A DNA stretch of 64,000 nt from positions 3,536,001 to 3,600,000 of the forward strand of contig NC_086109.1 of NCBI RefSeq assembly GCF_963921235.1. Reading direction: 5' to 3'. Shown here in pieces: positions 24,530-36,222 of the stretch. Each line of letters starts with the position of its first letter. The first letter of the stretch is position 1. The notes beneath the pieces are model-generated. The model was not told the origin of the DNA, made no database searches, and saw nothing but the letters and a program-made list of their open reading frames with translations. Made by a program: the position numbers and the translations under genes. The stretch is from Mobula hypostoma (lineage: Eukaryota).

Positions 24530-25080
24530 TTGTATCCCCAGTACAGGAAGTATGTGGAGGCTTTGTAGAGGGTGCAGACGATGTTCACTGGGATACTACC
24601 TGGATGAGAATGTACTTTCCTCTAATGAGAGTTTAGACATACTGGGACTATTTTCCCTGGATTCGAGGCTGAGGGGTGACTTGATAAAAATATATAAAAC
24701 GCTGAAAAGTGTTGATAGGTAGGTGGAGACTTTTACTCAGAGTGGAAATGTCACATTTTAAAGGGCATGGGATAACTTTAGAGGGATAAAGTTTAAAGGA
24801 CAGTTATGAGGTGAGAGAGAGGTGGGTGCCCGGAGTGCACTGCTGGGCAATTGCTGGTAGCAAATAAGATAACAACGTTTCAAAAACATTAAGACCAGGG
24901 GTTCCCAACCATTTATTTTGTGCCATCGATCAATGCCATTAAGCAAAGGATCCCCTGATAGACACATGGACAGTCAGAAGATGGAGGCATGGATCATGTG
25001 TGGGCAGGTGGGATTAGTTTTGATTGGCATCATGGTTGGCAGAGATGTTGTGGGCTGAAAGGCCTGTTTTTATACAGTAC
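24530..25080 (+). mobile_element. Degenerate CR1 3' fragment
   Basis: LGLFSLD.RLRGDLIKIYK, with tail GGGCTGAAAGGCCTGTT. Confidence 0.8.
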
Positions 25081-25394
25081 TGGTGGAGCGTGCTCCAAGA
25101 GTCAGATGGCTAGGCTTGCTCCTGCTTCCCGTGTTCTTGTCTCACCATTTAACCCGTGCCCCTCATGGGACAGCTGAGCCCCATCTTAGTTTTAGAGTTT
25201 AACTTTGTCTTCTCGCCAGGAGATTGATGTGTGATCAAATGGATTGATCTTTGTGTAAATCAGTTATTGCAGTGTGACACCTAGTTGTACCAACTGTTCA
25301 TTCACAATTATAATCCATCTTCCACAGCGCCAAGGGTCCTCAACAGAACAGCAGCAAAGAAATGCCACTTAATTTAGAAATAAATTTATTTTAT

Positions 25395-25707
25395 TACCTA
25401 TGTTCTTTTTACAGCTACTCTGAGCAGGAAGTTTTTACACGGCCTGAAAACTGTGTGGCACTTTAAATGATTTTTGTTTTGGCAGTATACAGACTATAAA
25501 TATTTCGAATGAAAATGGAAAAATCACATACTTGTGATTTTATTTATTAATGGAAGCGTATAATGAAATACAGTACAACAAAGGAAATATTTGATTATGT
25601 TTCATAAACTTTTACTAGATGCGTCCACTTCCAGCTGTGCAGCAACAAAGGCTATGCGTTTCATTTACTGCGCGGCTACGCACCTGCGCAGTTCAGACTG
25701 AATAGTG
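25395..25707. mobile_element. MITE-like repeat, copy 1 (long)
   Basis: Shares CTCTGAGCAGGAA...GGCCTGAAAACTGTGTGGCAC and CAGCAACAAAGGCTATG with the copies at 26073 and 27253. Confidence 0.65.
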
Positions 25708-26072
25708 TTTATTACGCATGACTGCCCTATTATGACAATATGACTGATACAAGGAGAGTAAATTAGTGTAGGAATCACACCACATCGATCAGTGAAAAAT
25801 GCCCGTTTCTTAACCTTCGGCATGGTTCTGTTCCACACAGTTCTGTAGATGTATGAAAATGTGTTCTTGATGCAGAAAGGTGAGATTATAAATAGTTTAT
25901 AAATAAATTCAGAGATTTCCTCTTAGTTTACCTGCAGGGACAGTTTATCAGTTATAACTGGATTCCCTTACTATATTCAACATGTAGTAAGAGTGAACCA
26001 GCTTTCTTCTGCCCGGGATAATCTCCCTTGTCACTCATTCCATTGCTAACCGTGATGGCAGATGGCTCCAAC

Positions 26073-26266
26073 ATCACCCCTTAAGTTTTGATTTACAGCT
26101 GCGCAGATGAACCGTCACTCTGAGCATGAAATTTTTACATGGTCTGAAAACTGCGCAGCACAAAATGTAAAAGAAATTTCCAGCTGCATGGTAACAAAGG
26201 CTATGTGCACGGGAGCATTGCAGTTACAGTGTGGCTGTGCACCCACACAGCATGGAGGGGACAGTG
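26073..26266. mobile_element. MITE-like repeat, copy 2
   Basis: Same core; ends in GGAGGGGACAGTG. Confidence 0.65.
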
Positions 26267-26362
26267 GATGGTTCTACTGCCAGCGTGACTCGATCAGCAG
26301 TTTATTAGGCTCAGTACTGCATATTCATACTGGGGCTGACATGGTGAACAAGATTGTGAACA

Positions 26363-26543
26363 AATAAGCTCTTCTCGGGCTTCAAGCTGGGTACAGGTAT
26401 CGATTATAACTGATGTTTTGATGACAAAGTCTGCCATCTTTTTCAGGGATTCATCTACTTCGAAACATCAATACCTATACCTGGCTTGAAGCCCAGGAAG
26501 AGTTTATTTGTCATATATGCCATGAAAGCACTAGATCCTTTTT
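26363..26543. mobile_element. Short fold-back, Penelope-like insertion
   Basis: About 44-bp inverted repeat, a decayed hammerhead-like motif on the minus strand, and a 14-bp imperfect TSD. Confidence 0.65.
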
Positions 26544-26894
26544 CAAGGCTGTGAACAGTCCTCTGTGAATCTCCCCTGTTACTGATCAGTATCTGTTTAA
26601 TGAACTGGGAGTTTTTAAGGAGAAAGGGAAAGTCTATTAGGACGAATGAGTCTGGCGCTCTCTAATAGAACAACTCTATTTTGTCAGAGTCTAATGGCAT
26701 CTGCTGGTTCCCTCTCCTTTTATAAATAGTTCTAATTGTTCTTCAAGGCACAGTGATTGTTCTGATCTGTTCACTGAGTGTGAACCGCCTCTGGACTCAA
26801 GCGCTATGATTATGTTTATTTATTTGTCCATGGGTTGTGGAGATTACGGATAGTTTCAGTAGAGGACGTGTATCTGGCATTTTGCAGGACTATA

Positions 26895-27203
26895 GACTAT
26901 GAACTTTTTCAGTCTTTTGGTTTTTATATTCTGTGTTGTCTCCCGTTCTTTCTCGTTGCCTCTTGTGCAGGGGAAGGGTAAATGGGGGCCAATGTTTTTG
27001 TTGCATTGTGTGTGGGGGAGGGGTTTTTGGGGGTGGCTGTTGTTGATCGTGATGCTGTTTGTTTTTTTGTGTGGAGGAGGGTACACTGTTTCTCTATGAA
27101 CTGACCTTCCATGGTTTTCTTTGTTTTGTGGCTATCTGGGGAAGAAGAATCTCAGAGTTGTGTACTGCATACATACTTTGAGAATAAATGAACCTTTGAA
27201 CAA
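26895..27203 (+). mobile_element. Non-coding retroposon 3' part with Rex-like tail
   Basis: GAATCTCAGAGTTGTGTACTGCATACATACTTTGAGAATAAATGAACCTTTGAAC tail. Confidence 0.65.
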
Positions 27204-27252
27204 ATGTGGGCACAAAGAATGAATGTTATCAGTTTGGAGTCACATGAGGGGG

Positions 27253-27441
27253 CAAAATTCCCTTTAATTTTTTTTTACAGACCAAACATTGCTCTGAGCA
27301 GGAAAATTTTATGTGGCCTGGAAACTGTGTGGCACTTTAAATGCTTAAATGTTAAGAAAATTCCAGCCACACAGCAACAAATGCTATATGCGCGGGAGCA
27401 TTTCAGTTACTGCCCGGTCATACACCCTTAGAGGGAACAGT
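27253..27441. mobile_element. MITE-like repeat, copy 3
   Basis: TIR-like ends TTCCCTTTAA / TTAGAGGGAA. Confidence 0.7.
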
Positions 27442-27639
27442 ATATGGTTCTGTTCCCTGAAGGCCTGGGGTGAACCAGCCTGGATTTGTGGACACAGATA
27501 ATTCCATGTTACTGTTCCCGCGGCCAGCTTCATGTTAAATTTCAAATGTATTTCATTACTTGAATCTAAACTCTGCATTTTCTGTGGAGAAGGACAATGT
27601 CTCTGGAATATTAGCCTAGCACACTCAGCTGTGCATCAT

Positions 27640-27745
27640 TGACACAAGAGATCCTGCAGATGCTGGAAATCTTGAGAAACACACACAAAATGCTGAAGGA
27701 ACTCGGAAGGACAGGCAGCATCAATGGAGAATAAATAACAATCTG
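27640..27745 (-). mobile_element. Penelope terminal-repeat fragment
   Basis: CTGCAGATGCTGGAAATC...AAAATGCTGAAGGAACTC...GGCAGCATC. Confidence 0.8.
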
Positions 27746-28057
27746 CTTCACCTCTATGTTTACAGATGGGGATTGTAATGAGGGATCTAATTGTATTTGT
27801 ATGAACCTCCTGGTGTTCCAACCCCCATTACAGCAGAGCTTCCCCCTCGCACAGATATCTCCCCTAGTGATATGTGTCTTCCCATCTTCTACTGGTGTTC
27901 TATTGTGTGGAAGTACAAGCCAAGTGGGCTTCTAGAGAGATAAAAAATCCACTCAACTTCACCTGCCCCATCATTGAGGTGTTTCTACAACCTGTGGACT
28001 CCTTTCAGAGACTCTTCAACTCATGTCCCTGATATCTATTGCTTATATATTAGGCCT

Positions 28058-28300
28058 TAAGACAATGAGATATAGGAGCAGAATTAGGCCGTTGGACCCA
28101 TTGAATCTTTTCCACCATTTCATCATGGTTGATCCAATATTCCTTTCAACCCCAGTCTCCAGCCTTCTCCCCATATCCCTCATGCCCTGACTAATGAAGA
28201 ACCTATCAACCTCTGCCTCAAATATATCCAGTGACTGAGCCTCCACAGCCGCCTGTGGCAATGAATTCCACATACTCACCACTCTCTGGCTAAAGAACTT
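28058..28300 (-). mobile_element. CR1 3' end nested in a Rex tail (27980-28500)
   Basis: VVSMWNSLPQAAVEAQSLDIFEAEVDRF; Rex 3'UTR sequence on both sides. Confidence 0.85.
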
Positions 28301-28649
28301 CTACCACACATTAATTATTACTATTTCTTTCTTTTTGTATTTACGCAGTTTGTTGTCTTTTACACACTGGTTGGTGCGGTCTTTCATTGATCCTATTGTG
28401 GCTACTATTCTATTATGGATTTATTGAGTATGCCCACAAGAAAATGAATCTCGGTGGTATACACGGTGATATGTACGTACTTTTACTTTTCAACTTTGAG
28501 TTCAGAAGGCGGATTGTTCTCACCAGTGTTGGGTCGAGTGAGAGTGTATGTATGTTGACCACGTCAGAGATCAATTCAGTCCAAGGATGTGCTAGGGACA
28601 AGGGCGCAAGTGGCCATGCACATGGCGCCAACGTAGCATTCCCAAAAGT

Positions 28650-29592
28650 TAGTGACCCTAAACAGTATGTGGGAGGAGACCGAAGCACCTGGAGAAAACC
28701 CGCATGATCAACAGGTTCAAAAGGTACATTTAATGTCAGAGAAATATATACAATATACATCCTGAAATTCTTTATCTTCGCAAACATTCATGAAAATGGA
28801 GGAGTGCCCCAAAGAATGAATGACAGTTAAATGTCAGAACCCCCAAAGCTCCCCCCAACTCCCCCCTCCCACGCACAAGCAGCAGTAAGGCAACAACCCC
28901 CCCCACCAGCAAAAAAGCATCAGCACCCTCCACCGAGCACTCAAGCATGCAGCAGGCATCAGTAATGACACAGACTTTCAGTACCCCAAAAACTACTCGT
29001 TCACCTGGTAGTTTGACAGACCACAGGCTCTCTCTCTCCCTAATAAGGGAAAATGAGGTGTCCCTGTTTCACAATAGGGGAGACATATCAAACAACTCAC
29101 TGATTTGCGATGTTAAAAGTCTGTTGTGTTGCTTTTTCCTCGCTCTGCACCCAGAGAGTCAGCGGCAAAAAGGCACAGCTCTCCAGACACACAATCCCCG
29201 GCAGCTAACCCGCTGCTCCCGATGTCCCGTGTTCTCCTGTGACCCTTCAGTCAGGGCACCGGCCTAGAATCAGCGCGTTTCCGGAGTCACGAGAATCTGG
29301 ATCCCTGAGGGCGTGCTCGCCTTCCAGGTCATGTCCTTAGGATATCACAGAGTGTGACTCCAGGTCAGGGAACCTCCAAAAGAACCTTGAAAATGGAAAA
29401 AAAAGATATCAAAGATAGAAATAGAGCTGTTTCCAAAAATGCAAGCAAAGGAGTTGCCGTTGAGCGCAGCCGTCACTTCGCTCTGCCTCTGTATGGTCAT
29501 GGGGAGAATGTACAGACTCCTTACAGACAACCCGACTGCGATCGCTGGCACTATAGAGCATTGCACTAACTGCTATGCTACCGTACCACCCA
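28650..29592 (-). mobile_element. V-SINE split by a 780-bp insertion
   Basis: V-domain at 28665-28710 resumes at 29491-29592 (head). Confidence 0.75.
28711..29490 (-). mobile_element. Non-autonomous 780-bp retroposon with Rex-like tail
   Basis: Tail reads GAATTTCAGGATGTATATTG...ATTAAATGTACCTTTTGAACC on the minus strand. Flanks GCATGATCA/GTATGGTCA. No credible ORF. Confidence 0.65.
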
Positions 29593-30759
29593 CCTATTCT
29601 GTAGGCACCAGGGTTACCGTTGTTCATGTTGTCTCTCATCAGCTTTGCACCACCTCTTATCTAATAGCAATGGTTGATTTTTACAGGTTTTGGATGCAGA
29701 GTTTATGGGCTAACAACCTGGAGGAGGCAATTTCATTTTGACATGCGGCGCACTAAATGCATCAATAAAATACTGAAATGGGCTTTTAACTATCATCAGT
29801 ATTAATAATAGTAGTTAAAAAGCCTATTTTAGCGCCTTAGTAATTGAGAAATGTTCCCATTTCAGAAAGGGGACGACTATGATTGGGTTTTCCCCACACA
29901 GGGACAAAGAGCTTCCTTTTTCTCTCCTTCCAAGAAAAGCAGACTTCACATAAAAGGTGAAAATTGATCAATTTTGTAGATAGAAAAGCATTGGCTCCTA
30001 ACATTGTTCTGAACATGATGTCACGTGTCCAGAGCTGCAGAATAATTTTACATCTAATGACACTTTCACCAGAACCACAAGCAAACGATTTCCAGCTGCT
30101 TTCTGCTAATTAGCAGAGCAATAAATTCTCCAAAGTCAGGCCGTAAATAAGAGCTATTTTCATAAAGCAAGAGCGTTATGTCATTTCTCAGTTGTGTGGG
30201 GGATGAACACGGTGATGCCCTAGGGAACTCCAGTTTTGTCTGAGTGTAACATCGATGGCTAACGTTTGATTGAAGAAGTAAGTTAAGGAGGTTGGTAGCC
30301 GGTATCTCTAGTCATTCCTGTTTAAAAAGTGCAGCACTGAAACCTGTTTTTTGTGTGTTTTTTCTCTCTGTGAGTTTTATCTTGCACTTGCTAGTTTCCC
30401 AACAGAGCTAGAGATGACACGCAGTGCAACCACGAGGCATCTGTGTCATGTCATCAGACGAAGGGCTTTAAATCAACGATGGGAGAGTATTGTGGACAGG
30501 GGTCACGGTTCTGACCATTTAAGGGTCAGGGTCCCAGGCTGTTTATTCCTTTGAACAGAAAAGTCTCCTCACTTTACACATTATCTGCGGCAGTATCTCA
30601 CCCTCCTTCCAATCCCCTCTGTAGTCAGTCTGTGCTCTGCAGATTCAACCCTTTGTGAAGTTGAAAGTACTTAATTCAGGAATGCAGTAAATTGCCAATA
30701 ATGGACTGAGCACTCAGACTGTGAGAAGAAGGAACAGAGGCATCTTTAAAATTAATTGC

Positions 30760-31470
30760 AATATCAGGGATTGCTGAGTACTCTGTTTCACGGAGACATG
30801 GCTCACTCCCAGCACTCCAGCCTGAAGGCTTCACCTCGAATGCATGGATGGGATAGAGACGTCCAGTAAAGGCAGAGGTGTTTGCTTCATGATTAAATCA
30901 TGATGGTGCAGACTCAATGGGCTGAATGGCCTGATGATACACCTATTCTTATGGCAGTTCTATCTCGGTCCCCTGACCTGGACCATCTAGTGGTCTTCCA
31001 TTCTATCTGCTGAAGGAGTCATCTTGGTTGCTGCATACATTCCATCCCTGGTCAACATCGCCCTGGCACTTGAGGAGCTGAACACTGTGATCAGCAGTCC
31101 TTGATGCCTTTTCAATTATTACGGGGTCTTCAACAAGGCCCACTTGAAGAAGACTCACACCAATTACCTCCTACATATCACCTTTGGAACCAACATATTT
31201 GACCACTGTTACAGTATCATCAAGAATGCTTACTGTACCATCCCACACCCACACTTTGGAAAATCACTTGGCAGTACTTCTACACCCCCAACGTTCAGGC
31301 ATACACTGAGGACCACAGCACCACTGGAGGAGCACTACAGGACTGCTTTGAGTCGGTGAAGTGGATAATATTCAGGGATTCATCTTTGAGTGTGAATGAG
31401 TATGTCACAGTTATCACCAACTTGATCAAAACCTGGATGGATGACGTGTGCCCTCAAGAACATACCGGGC
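30760..31470 (+). mobile_element. Rex1/Babar AP-endonuclease region, degenerate
   Basis: LCFTETWL...QPEGF...GRGVCFMI...WC...DHCYS.IKNAY...PHFGKS motifs. Confidence 0.8.
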
Positions 31471-32624
31471 ATCCTTGAAGGGGAGAATTACAACACACCC
31501 CTGCGAATCCCTGTGACCCTGTGACTTCTGTCTTGGGGGCAGACACTGAGCACCAGCGGTGAGGACCACACATGTATGGTCAAGGAAGGCGAAGGAATGC
31601 CTACAGTACGGCTTTGATCAGTGGACTTGACCATATTCATGGTACATCCACGATGGACCAAATAGCCTATTCTGCTTCTATATCTGATGGTCTTGTATTC
31701 CTTATGCTTATTGCTGCCATCAGGAAGGAGAACTCATGCACACAATGAATTAGCAATTGTTTTCCCTTTCACCATTAGGTATCTGAATGGTCCATAGACA
31801 CGTGAACATTGCTTTGTTGTTCCTTTTTCTGCACTATTTGCTTATTTATGCAATTTATAGTTGGTTATGCCTTGCACTGCACTGCTGCTGTGAAACAAAA
31901 ATTCCATACGTCAGTGATAATAAATCTAATTTAGATGAAGTGAGGCTGGGTTGGTCTGCCTTGTGTTGTATCGGTTCCCACAGCACTGACTGTTGTTGTT
32001 TTCATTGTTGGACTGTCCGGTCGAAGACTGGGGAATGTCGTGTCATGACCTTTACCCTGATAGCTTTGACCTCGTGTAAACACAGGAATGAACACACACA
32101 CTCACTGATGGATGTGAAGTCAGAGAGTGAGGTCGAGCCGAGGTGCTAGATTCATCTTTCAGTCCAGCAGTTGTGTGACGAACCCTGAGAATGTTTCCGA
32201 TCAAATCGCACGTTCACGCTCGATTTCTGTACGAGCGGTGCTTTTATTTACAGCTAGAAGTCTGCATCCACCCTTCTCTCAAAGAGTTTCCTGCCTGCTG
32301 TTCGGTTATTTTTTTTAGCAGCCTGTTAATATTGTGACTGAAAACTGCAGTGGTTCCAATTTCTGTTCATTTCATTATAACGGTGATTGTGTTCACTGAA
32401 TTGAAATGATCGTTTGCATAGAATCAAAACTGGAATGAGGCCATTCAGCCCACCAATAGGAATCTTGCCCCAACAAAATTGCCGTTTGACTTCCAATTTA
32501 GAGTGGTTGAACACGAGGTGCCTTCCACGAACATTCGTGTCAGTTGACGCACACAAAGAGCTGGAGAAACTCCACAGGTTCTCTGGAAATGATAAAAGGG
32601 TCAACGTTTCGGGCCAAGACCCAT

Positions 32625-33080
32625 TCTTCACCATCAGGAAGGAGTTACAGGAGCCCGAAGGGACACATTCAGTGGTTCAGGAACAGCTTCTTCCCATCCG
32701 CTATCAGCTTTCTGAACGCATATTGAACCCATGAACGCTACCTCACTATCTTACTTTATCTTGTTGCACGAATAATTTAACTTTAAAAAAAAATATATAT
32801 ATATATACAATATATTGTTGTTCTTTCCATGCCTTGTGGTGCATTGGGCACCAACCTTACCGTTTCTTTTGCCTTTTATGTCTGTTTTTTAAGAGGCCGA
32901 TTTGCTAGCTCGATGCTCAACCTGGCACAGATGGAAAGCGTGTAAGGACCCAGCTGGATATCCCTGCTGTAATTTAGTTCTTTTGTTATTATGTATTGCA
33001 GTGAATTGCTGCTGCAAAACAACAAACTTCTCAACATACGCTGATGATATTAAAACGGATTCTGTTTCTGATTCTGATCG
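32625..33080 (+). mobile_element. Rex1/Babar 3' fragment containing a SINE insertion
   Basis: PSGRSYRS...FRNSFFPSAISFLN and a (CTGATT)n tail. Confidence 0.8.
32815..32960 (-). mobile_element. tRNA-derived SINE, 5'-truncated copy
   Basis: Homologous to 34645-34790. Confidence 0.75.
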
Positions 33081-33084
33081 GGTT

Positions 33085-33412
33085 TTTTATTCCTCTCCAT
33101 AGATGCTGACTGGCCTGCTGAGTTCCTTCAGCATTTTGTGTGTGTGTTGCTTGGATTTCCAGCTTCTTCAGATTTTCTCTTGTTTGTGGTTGGATTATGA
33201 CTCTGCAAAGACTCTTCTAGGGGTGCCTACCCTGAAGAAGTTTAAATCTTCCCTTCGATGGGAGCTCAGTGAAATTCTCTCTCACTGCTCCCCCTCTGTG
33301 ATCCCTGCTGCTCTCCGTCCTGCCGAAGGGTTTAGGTCAGAAATGTCGACTGTTTACACTTCTCCGTAGATGCTGCTTGGCCTGCTGAGTTCCTCCAGCA
33401 TTTTGTGTCTGT
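33085..33412 (+). mobile_element. Two tandem Penelope terminal-repeat fragments
   Basis: TAGATGCTG...GGCCTGCTGAGTTCC..CAGCATTTTG occurs twice; decayed hammerhead at 33316-33352. Confidence 0.78.
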
Positions 33413-34642
33413 AACCTACCAACCTGTGTGTCTTTGGACTGCGTAGGGAAACCGGAGAAAGCCCGCGTGCTCACAGGGAGAACGTAAAACAATAAATATC
33501 ATATGTCAGTCAGTGACAATAAACTAGATTCTAATCATTGTGGCCAGCTGTGCAAGAGCTGTCGTGGAGGGTTGAAGCTAGGTTGGCAGGGGGATGGGAA
33601 CCAGAGGGAGAGACGCCAGAGGATGGAACACTTCATGTGAAGAGGCAGAATAAGTAGTGGACAGGGCGTCACACACAAAATGCTCTTGTGCATCTGCAGA
33701 TTTCCTCTTGATTGTGAATGGATAGGGCATAACTGCAGTCAGTCGGATGCTGGAAATCTGGAGCGACACACAAAAATCCAGAAGGACTAGGCACGTTCAT
33801 ATTGACTGACTAATTCCCTCCATAGATGCCGCCTGGCCTGCTAAGTTCCTCCAGCTCTTTCTGTGTGGGATAAGGTTGCTCGGGTTACTTTACAGCAGGA
33901 CTAGTCAGTAATTACGTTAAGATTTCTCACTTCCTGTGATATCATTTGATTCCATTTGTGATGTTGAGAGAATCCCTCGGAGGGGGCTGGCACCCAATCC
34001 CTGTCGGTAACTGTGGAGCTTCCATGCTAGACAACCTGTGTGCGCATCCTAAACGTGCCATCAGTTTACCGGTCCAATGATGGTAAATACCGACAACCAC
34101 AGACACAGTCTACCCAGCCCAGCACTGGATTGGAAAGCCGCTGACTACACTACGGCATTCTTTTTAAATCCAATTCAAGACAGCTCAAAGGGAACAGTCA
34201 TTTAATGTAATTTGCATTCCCTGTAGCTATTTCTCATGTGTGTCAACAATGAAATGTATACCAAGCTGGGAGAATTTTGAACTCTGCCTGTTTAAATCTG
34301 TTTAATGTATTCTTAATATCGTGTGCTCTGGGCAGAGCAGCAGATGCTCACGCGGGGAGCATTATCCGTGGCTGTACAGGCTGGAGTTAGACAACAGAGA
34401 ACCCTCTGCTGGAGGTCAGTGAGAGTGAATGGTATCTCGTCCACGTTCACAAACAGGAAGCCCCCCTCTCTCCCCATCCCCAGCCCAGAGTTCCAGAGGC
34501 ATAGGTGGGATTCCATATTGTCCATTCACCCCATTGCATCTTCTCGTAAAACAGGTAGGAGTATTTCTGGAACTAAAAGAACTTTGTTTCAGGCATGATA
34601 ACTTATTACTGTCTGAATTCTATACCTTTGGAGACTTTTGTG

Positions 34643-34846
34643 ATTGTGGTTGCTCCTCTCCGCACCCTGTGGTGCATCGGGTGGTCACCTAGCTGTTTCT
34701 TTAGCATTTCTGTCTGTGTTTTACGAAGGCTGGGTTGCTCAACGCTCGACCCAACACGGATGGAAAGTGTACGAGGAGCCGGCTGGATTCGAACCCAGGA
34801 CTCTCGCCTCGAAGTCCGGTGCTGAAATCATTACGCCACTGGTCGG
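34643..34846 (-). mobile_element. tRNA(Arg)-like SINE, about 200 bp
   Basis: Minus-strand head CAGTGGCGTAATG (A box)...GACTTCGAG...GGTTCGAATCC (B box). Confidence 0.78.
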
Positions 34847-35179
34847 TAGAATACCTTTGGAGATATTGTTATATTTAAGTGTATATTTTTTGTTCATGGT
34901 GCTCATCAGGGTGAAAAACACGTTACTGCCACTCATTGCTGCCTGACCTGCTGAGTTTCTCTAGCATATTGTGTGTGTGTTCCATTACTAGCACTGTTCA
35001 GGTCTAAAATTATTCTTCATTCAGAAGGATTTAGGAGCTTTAAAATCCTAAAATGAAGGCATTCCTGCACTACCTAGTCCGATTGCCGAGCACTCGTCAC
35101 CACCTGCAAGTCTTCCTTTCTCCAAGGTTGCTTTTACACTTGGTCACATTGCTTCTTGAGATGGTTTTAAGTGTGTGAT

Positions 35180-35466
35180 GGGCCAGCACGGTGGTGTAGT
35201 CGTTAGCACAACGCTTTACAGTACCAGCGACTCAGGTTCAATTCCCGCCACTGCCTATAAGGAGTTTGTACATTCTTCCTGTGACAGCGTGGGTTTTCTC
35301 TGGGTGCTCCGATTTCCACCCACTGTCCAAAGACGTACCCATTGGTAGGTTAATTGCTCATTGTTAATTGTCCCATGATTAGGCAAGGGTTAAATTGGAG
35401 GACTGCTGAGCAGCACGGCTCAAAGGGCTGGAAACACCGGTTCAATAAATAAATAAATAAATAAAC
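35180..35466 (+). mobile_element. Full-length V-SINE (HE1-like)
   Basis: tRNA head GGTTCAATTCCC, V-domain and (AATA)n tail. Confidence 0.92.
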
Positions 35467-35579
35467 AACCCCATTTATTTACGCTAACTTCTACGTTGAC
35501 GTGCCAACCCATGTTACCGTGAAGTGAAATAATTCTGCAGCTAAATATTTATACATTCATTTCAACATGCAGCACTGAA

Positions 35580-36222
35580 TCAAAGTTTGAAGTAAATTTA
35601 TTGTCTCCGTGTACAACCCTGGGATTCATTTTCTCGCAGGCATTCACAGTAAGAACGAAGAAATACAATAGAGTCAATGAAACGCTGTACACAGAGACCA
35701 ACAAATCTGTAAAATAAGACAATATGCAAAAAACAAAAAGTAGCTGCTGCCATAAGGTAGAAGGTACATCTACATGAAATATTGACATAGGAAAGGCACA
35801 TCCTTCATGGAAGATCCTCACCACCCAGGCCATGCTCTCTTCTCGCTGCTGCCATCAGGTAGAAGGTACAGGTGTCTCAGGACTCACATCACCAGCTCAA
35901 GAACAGTTACTCCTCAACCATCAGGCTCTTGAACAAAAGGAGATAACTACACTCATTTGTCTGTTCCTTGAGATGTTCCCACAACCAATGATCTCACTTT
36001 AAGGACACTTTATCTCATTATCTTATGTTCTTGTTATTTATTACTATTTATTTATATTTGAATTTGCATAGTTTGTTGTCTCCTATACTCTAGTTGATCT
36101 TTCATTGACCCTGTTATAGTTACTATTCTATAGATTTGCTGAGTATGCCCACAGGGAGATGAATCTTAGGGTGGTATATGGTGACATAGATGTACTTTGA
36201 TAATAAAATTATTTTGAACTTC
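35580..36222. mobile_element. Rex tail (minus, 35580-35790) abutting a Rex 3' fragment (plus, 35790-36222)
   Basis: Homology to other Rex copies, in opposite orientations. Confidence 0.78.

Noticed and set aside
34775..34846. Genuine tRNA gene
   Set aside because: Acceptor and D arms are imperfect, and it continues into a repeated SINE body.
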